Below, piece by piece: positions 1 to 10,763 of a stretch of DNA of 64,000 nucleotides. The notes beneath the pieces were generated by a model. It did not search any database and was not told where the DNA came from. It worked only from the letters and a program-made list of their open reading frames with translations. The position numbers and the translations under genes were made by a program. The DNA comes from Trichoplax adhaerens (lineage: Eukaryota > Animalia > Placozoa). The DNA lies in NCBI RefSeq assembly GCF_000150275.1, contig NW_002060946.1, positions 3,057,454 to 3,121,453 of the forward strand. Direction: 5' to 3'. Position 1 is the first letter of the stretch, and each line of letters begins with the position of its first letter.

Positions 1-994
1 CGAGGGTTTGTGTTTGTAGACATATTCAAACGGAAGTGTTTCTCGACATTTTATTTCCAAATACCGAAGATAATTATCATCTGGTTAAGAATATCTAAAG
101 TTAACAGTTTAAGTTGTTGAGTAGTTCTGTTAACGATTTTGCTAGTGCTGATCATAATGTAGTAATATTCACTTTTAATGACTTTTACAGTAGTACTGGA
201 CTTTAGATACCTGATTTTCAATTATAACTATTTGTTATATCTGTCGTATGATTTTATAAGGTAATACTGCTGTGATTTTTAGTTCAAAGTAGATTGGAAT
301 GAATGAAATGTTCTATAATTCTACATGCTACGTGTTGTAATCAAACCATGAATATCATATCCAATGGACATTGGCAATAATCACCTAGTTCTATAAAATG
401 TCAAACGGCCTTGCTTGTTAAATAAAGCCCGCATATTCAAATCTGGAGATTTTGCCATTGATGTTGCTGCACACGAGAATACTTTTTATTTTAATGATAG
501 ATTTGAGTTAATATACAGTATCTAATTACGGAATTACGAATTAGCTATCGTTTTCACTGATCTGAGAGACCGCTTGCACCTGTATGGCATAGTGTTGATA
601 AATACTCGCATAGAGCGATTATTAGAATAGTTATGACAATCTTATCATCTCAGTTGCAAATAGTGCACCGTACACAGACATTGTTATAAGCTGAGAAAAT
701 GTTATAAGGATATAACGAAAATATATAATACTGTACATGATTCCAAAAGTTTTACTGATTCTAGTAAGTGTATTACCGTAACGGCAATATATTTACTGTA
801 CATATCTAGATGTGTACGAAAGGCGCAATAATGTATTCCAATTCTGCAATTTACTTAACGATATGATAAGAAAAGCGTTATATAACAATCGAAGTCATTA
901 TGGCTGAGAAATAATAATCTGCTTTAAAAATTCAATTTTTCTATGATAAAGTACATCAAGTTTACGATTTCCAAGTATACGAACTTGCTCGGTA

Positions 995-2662
995 TTAATC
1001 AATTAATTCCGTGTCGTTTTCTCTCCTAGGTAGATACAAAAATTTAGATAGAAATCGGTAGTATTCAGGCGTAACGTAATCCTGCATCTCTTGACCAGTA
1101 ACCCATGCATAATCTTCAAGTTCTTCGGTATTTAGTACAATTTGTCCTTCGTTATAAAAAGTCTTATAAAAGAATACCTGGATAAGAAAAAAGAATAAAA
1201 TGGCATGAAAATTTTATGCAGTATACTTGTATTGGATAATTTTCCTATTCCAGTTAGAGGAGATGTATTTAAGATAGGAGTTTACTGTAGGTAGGAAATA
1301 TCGCCTACTTTATCATATTAGTTCTAAGTTGGAAGATACTTCATATAGTTCATAAACTATGAAGCAAAAATGAACATTTCTAACCTTAGCACCAACGTGA
1401 TCGCTTTGATAGTCTTTATGAAATTTATAAGTGTAGAGTGCAGACGGTGCGTTACTCAGAAATTTTACTGTTAACTGTTCGCCACATTCTTCTTTTAATT
1501 CACGTTCCGCAGTCTAATAACATTGTCATTTTGCAATAGTTCGTTATTCTATACGCATAATACTGTAGCCGTAAGACTAGAGTCTAAAATATGCTCTATA
1601 TAGACTTTAGTAGCAAATAGAAAACAACGCTATAAGTAACATTTATCGATGAAATCCTTTAACCTGTCGTAGTGACTCCTCTCCTTCATGTTGCCCTTGC
1701 GGCATTTGCCATGCATGTTGATGGCGTGATTTCTTAACTAATAAATAAAGACTCTCGGCTAATTTACGATCTAGGCTTTTCCTATCATCCTCTTCATCAG
1801 CCTGAGTTGTCCGACTAGCAGCTTGAAACGATTTCGCTTCTTCTTCTAACTCTTGTAACTCTGATTCAATTTCTTCTCTAGCCTAATGAATACATCAAGG
1901 TGGATCAGCAAACTACAAAGACAGTTGTAAGATTATTCCCTATCTGATTGAGCTAGTTATCAATATGCATCGTGGTCGTAAAATAATGATTGTAGAATGT
2001 ATTTAGCAAAACTATGCCAAGAGGAATTTACTTTGCTTGCTTACCAATTCTTGTAACTCTTTGGATTTCATTCCAGAATCAAGCGCCTTTAGCCTATCTA
2101 AAGAAGCTGCCTTACGGTTCTTTAAATCAATTTCGTAGTCGGAAATTACACTTTTTTCTTCTTCGATAGTATTAAATAATTCTACAAGTGAAATTGACCA
2201 TCATTATCATACTATTGCACCATCAGACTGCAAGTGTATTTCTATGACGGTCCAGTTACACTAGCTAATAAGCGTTATGAATGCAAAGTTGATGGCGTCT
2301 TACCTTGAACTCGAGTCTCCAGTGAGTTTGTTGATGAGGAAATTACAGGTAAACGCTCAACACAGATCGCACTTACCAATCGCCAATTTTGCTGTAAAGA
2401 TGATTTCCCCTTGACTTTGGGTTGCAATTGTTGATTGCTCTTCAAGCCAGTGGTGCTTAAACGATTTCCTGCACGATTGCAATGCAAAAGCAACTTATGC
2501 TGACACTACTCATCATTTTAAAACAGATACACATATCGAAGTTAAATTCCTATCCTGCACATATCATTTCCATTCATTACCTAGAATACCCATAAAAGCA
2601 GCTCTCAATGGGCTAGGCTTTAGCCGTCTACTAATGCAAGAATAACATTGACTTGTAGCCAT
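995..2662 (-). CDS. MRPL46: Mitochondrial ribosomal protein L46 (mL46), 6 exons
   Basis: Spliced translation: presequence-like MATSQCYSCISRRLKPSPLRAAFMGIL; NWRLVSAICVERLPVIS; ELFNTIEEEKSVISDYEID; ASRTTQADEEDDRKSLDRKLAESLYLLVKK..WQMPQGQHEGEESLRQ; TAERELKEECG..FLSNAPSALYTYKF..GAK; VFFYK..EDYAWVT..YVTPEYYRFLSKFL*. These match the mL46 Nudix-like fold motifs, and all introns are GT-AG with consistent phases. Confidence 0.93.
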
Positions 2663-2840
2663 CTTGGCAGTGGAAGAGTTGCCTTGCTGAGCTAGGAGAA
2701 CATGCGCTTTGCTGGAAGACTGATGCTACTGTCGGACGTGGCCCATTTTCATACTGAATGATGAATTTTTCTTTCTTTACGTTACAGTATCGCGCCAGTA
2801 CTCTAGTTTGGTCTATAGCACTGCGCACTCTCAAATCCAA

Positions 2841-3137
2841 TTAGATTGTGCAGTCTAAAATATCACCTCTCATATTGCAATGAACTGGTATTTTATTGTG
2901 CTGTAAGAGAAAAACAAGTTTAGAAGGTGACTACTATTTTGCACAGTAGTCAAGGACTATTAGTCGAAGTCTTTGTTACAGTACTTGAACTGTCCACTGT
3001 ATCGTTCTCACCAAGGGTTTGATTGATGTTACTGATCCATTTGGACGCTGTAAGAACAATAGTACAGTATAGATTAAATGGCCTGAATACGTAGCACTAT
3101 AGTGATCAACCCATCGTCTTCAAGAGTCTACCTCCAT
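2841..3137 (-). CDS. Candidate 42-aa spliced microprotein / upstream ORF (MERPNGSVTSIKPLVRTIQWTVQHNKIPVHCNMRGDILDCTI*)
   Basis: GCCACC-ATG-G start at 3137. Exons 3137-3132, 3047-2985 and 2900-2841 are joined by two 84-nt phase-0 GT-AG introns with pyrimidine-rich acceptors (TTGTTCTTACAG, TTTTTCTCTTACAG). Family not recognised. Confidence 0.5.
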
Positions 3138-3203
3138 GGTGGCAACGCGATATTAATAACGAAAGTTCGTCTGGCTTAATTAAATTACCTTAGCTAGCGC
3201 AAA

Positions 3204-3781
3204 ATGAACACAGACAAACTGTAAAACTTGTTTAACTACTTGTTATTACCTTAACTCAAGCATTTATCAAACAGCCAAGCTGTAGACTTAAGTCTTTGTA
3301 CTTATCATTGAATCTCACTAAGATTAGATAGGGATCCATCCCTTGCTATCTTATAGATTGGCTACCTTGGCAACGAGTGGGAAGTTCTGCAAATTATGAA
3401 CGCAGACAAACTGTAAAACTTGTTTAACTACTTGTTATTACCTTAACTCAAGCATTTATCAAACAGCCAGGCTGTAGACTTAAGTCTTTGTACTTATCAT
3501 TGAATCTCACTAAGATTAGATAGGGATCCATCCCTTGCTATCTTATAGATTGGCTACCTTGGCAACGAGTGGGAAGTTCTGCAAATTATGAACGCAGACA
3601 AACTGTAAAACTTGTTCAACTACTTGTTATTACCTTAACTCAAGCATTTATCAAACAGCCAGGCTGTAGACTTAAGTCTTTGTACTTATCATTGAATCTC
3701 ACTAAGATTAGATAGGGATCCATCCCTTGCTATCTTATAGATTGGCTACCTTGGCAACGAGTGGGAAGTTCTGCAAATTAT
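3204..3781. repeat. Near-identical 192-bp tandem repeat x3 in the divergent MRPL46/NICN1 promoter region
   Basis: Units start at 3204, 3396 and 3588 and differ by only a few substitutions (e.g. gaacac/gaacgc, gccaag/gccagg, gtttaa/gttcaa). Confidence 0.95.
3361..3758. promoter_or_regulatory. Three RFX X-box-like motifs GCTACCTTGGCAAC (3361, 3553, 3745), each next to an ATTGG (CCAAT) box
   Basis: Matches the X-box consensus RYYNYY-N2-RRNRAC. One copy per repeat unit, 270-670 bp upstream of the NICN1 ATG. Confidence 0.6.
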
Positions 3782-4029
3782 TATATCATCAGTCATCCAA
3801 TGATCTTATCAATCTGAATGGAGTAACTGGCTATAGCATATTGTGATAAAATAGCGAATAATCTGGTGTTAGGAATTGACGCGCATTTGTTTTCATTCAT
3901 CAAATAATATGCAAGCTAGATTTGCAAGAAATGTTTAGGATAGGCACCTGTGATATTAATTAGCACCAATATTGGAAATTTGAATCGCTATCATATTATA
4001 CGAGTAATAATCTACAATTGTTCAGCAAC

Positions 4030-6090
4030 ATGGCAGGCAAAGATGCAATCGTTTGTAGATTTAAGAATCCGCTTATAGTCAAAATAGACACCCATGACAA
4101 TCTTAAATCGGGTTGTTCCGTTATTGAAGTGAACTTTCCACATTCAAAACCACTACAGGTATGTACTGAAATGGAAAGAAATGATAGTCTTAAATAGTCG
4201 TATACACAACATATACATTACAAATATTAACTAAACTTGTGAATATGACGATATTGCATGCCGTATTTAATTAACTTTAATGTACGCGTATGCATATACA
4301 TTATTTAGGATAACTCGTTTATCGTGAAATACCTCAGATAAGCTTTTCTCCAGGGTTTTCTCGTTGCCCCATTCGTAAAGATTTAAAATTGTGTCTGTTT
4401 ATATTACGCTATGCAACAACGGAAAACTGCGGAGAAAAATCTATCTGAGGAAAAATAAATTACCCTAACGCATATTCGTATAACCCATGTAGTCTATGAC
4501 TATATCATTGAAGTTAGTTATCAATGTATAATAGATGTAGATGCAAATGGCTTTATTCTGTAATAAAACAGAATTTTAGATGTAAAACTTATGTTGTAGA
4601 GATTACAAACGATCCAAACAGAATGCAACTATACGTATCATGAATAGCCATAGCAGCTGCAAAAGACTCAGCCATTATTGTAACTTTTGATGTTCTTTAT
4701 TTAATATTAGCTAGGGAAAATTCAGTTTTCCAATAATTACTCCGCATATTTGACTATTAAAGCTCAATTTAAAGAAACAAGCGACGAATCAGGTACCTAA
4801 GAAGTATTATATATTAATATTTCGACTGTACGATGTGATCATTCTCGATGCTAGATTCTTATTTTTAAGAATCAAGACACTCTACCTATTGCTAAATGTT
4901 CCAATTCGATAGATGATGAACTTCTCATTTACTTGAAGCGTTTTCGTATAATAAATCATCTTATGCATTATGTTAGTTTATAATAAATAAGGAATTATAA
5001 GATTGTCATCATAGCCTCGATTAATAGCCTCGTTATCTTCTAATTATCTCGATTTAGCAGCAATCAAGAACACAAGAAAATGGATCACTTTAATTAAGAA
5101 CAAACAACTAATGCCAAACGTACATTGCGATGTATCCGGACGAGATCATTTTACCATTACGAGAGAAGAGGCTAGTAAAGCTATCGTTGTAATCCTACGT
5201 CATTTTATATATAAAATGATAGCGTTAGGCTTGCATAAAAATGCCATCACGTTATTACTGTAGTAATGATATCATAACTCGATATTGGATATAAATGAAA
5301 GTAACGTTTACTTAAAGCAAGTAAAGTTTATTCTATTGTAACATAGTTTGATCATTATCCAACTCGATTTTAGATGCTAGAAAAACCTGACAACATCTTG
5401 TATATGAGACTTATACTGAGGCAACCGTCACCAATATGGTTACAATTTTCAATCGAAAATATTAAATTATCGCCAAAAAACGATTCGGTAATACGAAAAT
5501 CTGTCTTTCTTTAGAAATTGAGTTACTTACGATAATGCATGCATACTGAAGATTAAGCCAGTAACAAAATAGGATATCCGCTTGATGCTTTGTCATTTAC
5601 TGTATTTATGAAAAAATTGTATAACCCGTTTAAAGTTGTATATCAATTGATGTTGGTGATCATACGCATATAAATTGTCTCCTTAATTCATTAATCTATT
5701 TCGGTTGAATTAGGAAGGTACAAGTAAAGAAGGCAATCGTGACGTGCACCTACCAAGCAGAAATACTACAGTAACAAAGAATGCATCATCATCCGTGAGT
5801 CAATTGAAAAAGGATCAACCTTTGTTATGTATCGTTAAATTACTGATTATATTGTTTCAACATTGAACAGGTATATCCTGACCCAACAAAAATTGCTTCA
5901 AGTTTGCAAAATCTATGGGCTTTAATGTATTCTAAGCGAACTGGAGCACCTCCACCCTTTCTAAAAAAATTGGAGGTTGGTGTTTGCAAAGTTGGAGCTG
6001 TTGTAATCATGATAACGTATTACCTTTTTTTGATTTCATATTGAATAGGTCGATGGATCGTATGAAGTTAGCACGCTATCTTATACGTGA
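4030..6090 (+). CDS. NICN1: Nicolin-1 (tubulin polyglutamylase complex subunit), 7 exons
   Basis: Exons: MAGKDAIVCRFKNP..SGCSVIEVNFPHSKPLQ | LGKIQFSNNYSAYLTIK | KWITLIKNKQLMPNVHCD | MRLILRQPSPIWLQFSIENI | .. | YPDPTKIASSLQNLWAL | VDGSYEVSTLSYT*. Matches the NICN1 motifs (LRLILRQPSPLW; PDPSRVSSEVQQMWAL; C-terminal VDGCYDLNLLSYT). Confidence 0.93.
4332..4450. mobile_element. MITE-like fold-back element in NICN1 intron 1
   Basis: Imperfect ~34-bp terminal inverted repeats: CCTCAGATAAGCTTTTCTCCAGGGTTTTCTCGTTG versus the reverse complement of CAACGGAAAACTGCGGAGAAAAATCTATCTGAGG. Confidence 0.5.
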
Positions 6091-7019
6091 TTGAATCTTT
6101 GAAGGGATTACATGAAGCTAGCACGTTATCATATAGGTAACGAATCAAATAAGGTTCATTTTCTCAATTGAAAACTTGGTTAGCATCTGCACGTTAAATT
6201 ACATCTCTGCTTGTGTCACTGTGGGCTGTAGTATACAGTAGTATATTTATTTATGTCAGGATCAACTATTTTGGGCCAAATGAATTTGAGAATATTGAAT
6301 ATGTCCTTAACAATATTTGCATATGTAAAGTTCTTGTTTGTATATGTTATGTGATACGTATGATGGCATTGATTATACTGTATATGTAGAATAACTGGAT
6401 AGTTGGAGAATACTAGAAATTCAGTGGTCAAGATGGTAATAGTAATTTATATGTACTGTAAATGATAATACTGTAATTAATGAAAGAATGAATAGTTTAC
6501 GCCCATCGGTTTTTACCTCTGCTACGAATTCATCTCCGCATCTGCATGTTCAGTTGTCAACTAATAGTGGGACTGCCTAAATGTCATACTTAAATTATTC
6601 ACTTATGATCGATTTATAAAGTTGTTATTAGAAAAATAAATAATTTCACTCCATATTATCGACTTTTTTAACTTTAAAGATGTAGACTGCCGCTTTGTTC
6701 ACCTAGATCGAAGACTGAGCTACTTTTAGCAATATAGGGCTTGAATAAAATTAATTCATAAGGGGTCATTTTACTTGAATTACGTTTACTATCTTTGCTC
6801 CATGTGCTGAAAATTTTATTCACTAAATAAGTGCTTCGTTCCCGTACAGATCACTGCTGTGCTAGGATTCCTGGTTCTGCACAGAGATAGAAAAAATATC
6901 CAAATTTATCGAATAATTATATAATTGAACAATCACGCCAACTCTCCCTTAGTAATACTTGTAGCGGTCCAATACTATTGTCTTCATGTCTATACGATAA
7001 TTTTAAAGCATTTCATGTG

Positions 7020-10000
7020 AGTGTGTCGATTTATCAACTTTCTCCAAGCTTTGCAATCCTTGGTATAGTCATGACTGATTGATATATCTGCTCCGGTCAA
7101 CTTCAGTGAGTCTGTACTCTGTTACAGTTATCGGAGGTTACTACCTTGGGAGTCTGTTCCAAGTATTTCAAGAAAGACATGTATCCATCCTAGTGAACAT
7201 CAGTATTCATCATCAGCCCCTCCGTTAACAAATTATACTCATTTAAAGCCTGATAGTAACTCAAGATGTATTTCAAAGGAAAGCCAATACCGAGAGGGCT
7301 GCTTATGTTATGTCAGATTGTAATTAGGGCATAGGGCAAGATGGATGCTATTTCATCAGGTAAGTACGAGCACTTTTTTTAAATCCCTTATCTAGGGCAA
7401 CCGATTGAATCATTGCATTGATCCAATCTCGGATCAACATCAATATGCGATTGGCCTACATTACATGTAGAAAATACAGTACAGTAGTTTTGTATTTTTC
7501 TACCTGTACATGATGAAATATAAGAGAGTCATCTATTGATATTGATCTAGTGGATTTAATACATGGAATTGTTAAGATCTTCAGCTAAGTGTAGTAGTGT
7601 AGCAGGAGACTATTACTTGGTCATTACAAGAATATAGGGGTTGTTTCTTTGGTTAGGCCTTTTTCAATCTGGACGACCATACAAAACGCATTGTTGCTCA
7701 TTTTCACTGCAGTCTACTGCACGACAGCGATACCTTAACTGCATTTTCCTTCTGGTCTTGCATAGCATCGATTCCTAGAAGAATAACCTAGACTGGACAC
7801 TTCTTTAGGCAGACAGGCATTTGCGAGGATCTACCACTTGATTATGATAGTACTCTATCGTAGTATGCAGACAGTCGATTTTGAATTGGTTGATTTTTTG
7901 TACATAAAGTAATATTACATTGTATTCTATTGCCTGTTACTAAAGTCTGCTTGGAATCAGTCACTGTCGATCATTCATGTTATTTAAATGAATTTATACG
8001 AGTGACTTATTCAACAGATACAGCAGATCCATCGTGAATTCCATCGTGAATCATTCTTTTTGGCCATTTTGAGTGGCATTGAAAAGTCCGTCCACCCGAG
8101 GAAAAGTGTCCTTCCAGTAGTCCAAGTCCAATTCTTGTCGACAGCAAGTTGGTTGGCTACAGCAGAGTGTACAATATTGCCTGTTACTAAAGTTTGCTTG
8201 GAATCAGTCACTTTCGATCATTCATGTTATTCAAATGAGTTTATACGAGTGATTTATTCAACAGACACAGCAGATCCGTCGTGAATCATTCTTTTTGGCC
8301 ATTTGGAGTGGCATTTAGTTTGAAAAATCCGTCCATCCGAGGAAAAAATGTCCTTCCAGTAGTCCAAGTCTAACTCTTGTCTACAGCAAGTTGGTTGGCT
8401 ACAGTAGAGTGTACAATGATAGTCATTGGGTATAGCAAAATGACTGGAAAAAAAGTTGGTTGGTCCAATTTTACCCGGTGAACAATTTAGAGACGAATCG
8501 GAGTGACATGGCTAGACCAGTAGAACTACTCATGTAGGACCATTGAGTAGATTAGACTAGCGCTAACGCTACTCTCTACTACTAGGATCAGTATGCCATC
8601 CAACGGGTTATCCTCGCATCGTATCGACTCTACCCAGTCAGATGGTCGAGTGTACTTAGTGACTAATAGCGATCACAATAGCCCACCGTACGGTGATAGA
8701 AAAGCTGTTCAACCATCGCGACCGCACTGGATCAGCCAGAGGGGATTTAGCCATGGCGTTATATTAAAGATTTCCTTTGCAGCTTTTTGTGCAGACCAGC
8801 TGGAGTCGATGCAAAAGTTTGCTGTCTCTTTTTCCTGTAGTTGCCATTGGATTGCTTTAATTGATCCTAGTGGGTAGTATAGCTATCAAAGTCAGTCCTT
8901 TTCTGTCTATTTTCCTTCTGGAAGCAATTGGTCTTGAGTAACAGCATTGGACAACATCGTCGAGGGTTGAGCTGGCGTTTGCATCCATTAGCGTTGTAGG
9001 CAAGGTAGGAAGAAATTACATCCATCGCTTTGCTATTTTACCTCCATGTTGGATTTGCTTTTCGTCTTCTACCTGTGATTGCCACCATTCATAATAGAAT
9101 ACGTAGAGTAGCTTGGAATATTGACGATTGATTCATTACAGGTCAAAATTAATCCCAACTGGTGTAACGTTCGTCTCTTCTTCAAGCGAGAGGGAAAGGG
9201 GCTCTCTTCTCTCTCGTTGCCTTCTGCCAAAATTAGACATAGCTCATCCATTGGAATTCATGAAGGACAATCACATCAATCCACTTGGTTGCATACTTGA
9301 ATTGTCTATTGCCTTCTGCTTTCCTTGCATCATTCATTCTCACATTGACTCTTGTGACTTGGTGATTGATTGTGCATGCTGATGGATTCTTCCTGCTGAA
9401 TAAACGTTTGTATTGATCATTTTCAAGCCAACCAGCTGGAGAGATTGGTGTCGACGTATGCTTGTAAATGACAATTTGCATTGGTGACAGTGCAGTGCAT
9501 CCTATAGCCAATTATCACTCAACTTGGTAGCAGTTTATTCCACAAGCTTCAATTTCAACTCTTGATTGGATTCTATTTTCCTCCTTGATTCGACATCCAT
9601 TCAACGCTTGTTGTTTATCCAAATTATCCATCTCGATCTCTTGCACAAACTCATGCAAAGCTAATATAAGGACTTCATCATGTCTGCTGGCATCATGCAG
9701 CATGAATCGGAAGCAGTCCGTATCCAAGTTGTAGTAAGTCTTTTCTTTCTCATTCAATTACTATCACAAACACAAAATTGCATTATTTCAAGGACTTGAT
9801 CGACCTTGGCTTCATCATGTTGATCGTAGTAGCTAGTTAGACAAGTTCGTGTGGTAGTACACATGAGAATCCACAACTGGATAAAGATTTTCAATATTGA
9901 CAAGGATACAGCTTGTTACTTTACATTCATTTCATCCAAGACATTCTTTAAGCGTGATAACTTTTAGACAGTACTTTGCACTTTGCTACCTTCCATTTCA

Positions 10001-10150
10001 TTTCATTTCATGTCGAAGAACCACCACTCTTCAAGCGTATACCATACCAATCCAATCTCTGTCGTCTGCACTAGAAGGAAACTACCCTCACGACATTTTC
10101 CTAGTAGAACAAGCATCGAGTTGGCTACATGACACTCGTTTCATGTCCAA
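7020..10150 (-). pseudogene. Decayed, intron-less coding-like block; probable transposon or transposon-cargo remnant
   Basis: Visibly less AT-rich than the flanks, with a chain of broken minus-strand ORFs (9515-9757, 9233-9511, 9069-9251) in shifting frames and an internal duplication. No intact product. Confidence 0.4.
7928..8417. repeat. ~247-bp direct tandem duplication (2 copies)
   Basis: TATTGCCTGTTACTAAAG...GAGTGTACAA starts at 7928 and again at 8175, with scattered substitutions and small indels. Confidence 0.9.
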
Positions 10151-10163
10151 ATAGCATTTTTTA

Positions 10164-10284
10164 AGTGTATACGCTATGACAAATCCAACTCCAATTCGTC
10201 ATCTACGCCTAGTTTAGGGGTTAAACGACGTCAAGAGAGCTTGCAATAACACAATCATGACGATGGAGTTGGCAACTTTACACT
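10164..10284. repeat. Short inverted-repeat (MITE-like) element
   Basis: CCAACTCCAATTCGTCAT (10185-10202) pairs with ATGACGATGGAGTTGG (10257-10272); outer AGTGTA/TACACT. Confidence 0.45.
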
Positions 10285-10763
10285 CTTATCATTGACCCCA
10301 GTAGTAGGATTAAAGCAGTGATTAAAATAATACTATATCAAAATTTAACGTAAATTGATCTCTAACTAAACCCATAGCATAGCGATATTAAGTGAGATTA
10401 ATCTAGATTTCATCTTCATTCAATTCATTAATGACGCTGATCAATGAACTTATTGATAGCATCCAAATTTTCCATTGATTCACTATTTGAAATCAGTTTG
10501 ACAAGGGATATCGCCGTCATTTTATTTTGCTATTGCAATTTTATCCAAGTTTTTCGTATAGATGATGACCACAATATGAAGAGCAATAAGCATCAAAGAC
10601 TTGATTTTTACTTATACTTCTTCATTTTGTAGTTTTTTCTATTGTTAACTTTATGATTTATTGCCTTGGATAGGCATGATCAAGTTAAATCAATGTAGAT
10701 GTTTAATGGGATAATCAGATTTGTTGAATCACTGTCTTTTTTTTTGAACCAATCTATTTGTAG

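Noticed and set aside
1-460. Possible minus-strand first exon MAKSPDLNMRALFNKQGRLTFYRT and short frames near the window start
   Set aside because: No in-frame downstream exon could be joined and no family was recognised.
3204-3781. CRISPR-like array interpretation of the tandem repeats
   Set aside because: Eukaryotic context, long units with no unique spacers and no cas genes.
6516-6577. Exon-like segment on the minus strand (TTTAG...GTAAAA)
   Set aside because: Stops in all three frames.
7341-7365. ATG...CAG|GTAAGT as the missing first exon of TBC1D25
   Set aside because: Good donor, but the peptide lacks the expected VVRVRVK-like motif and lies 3.4 kb away; unsupported.
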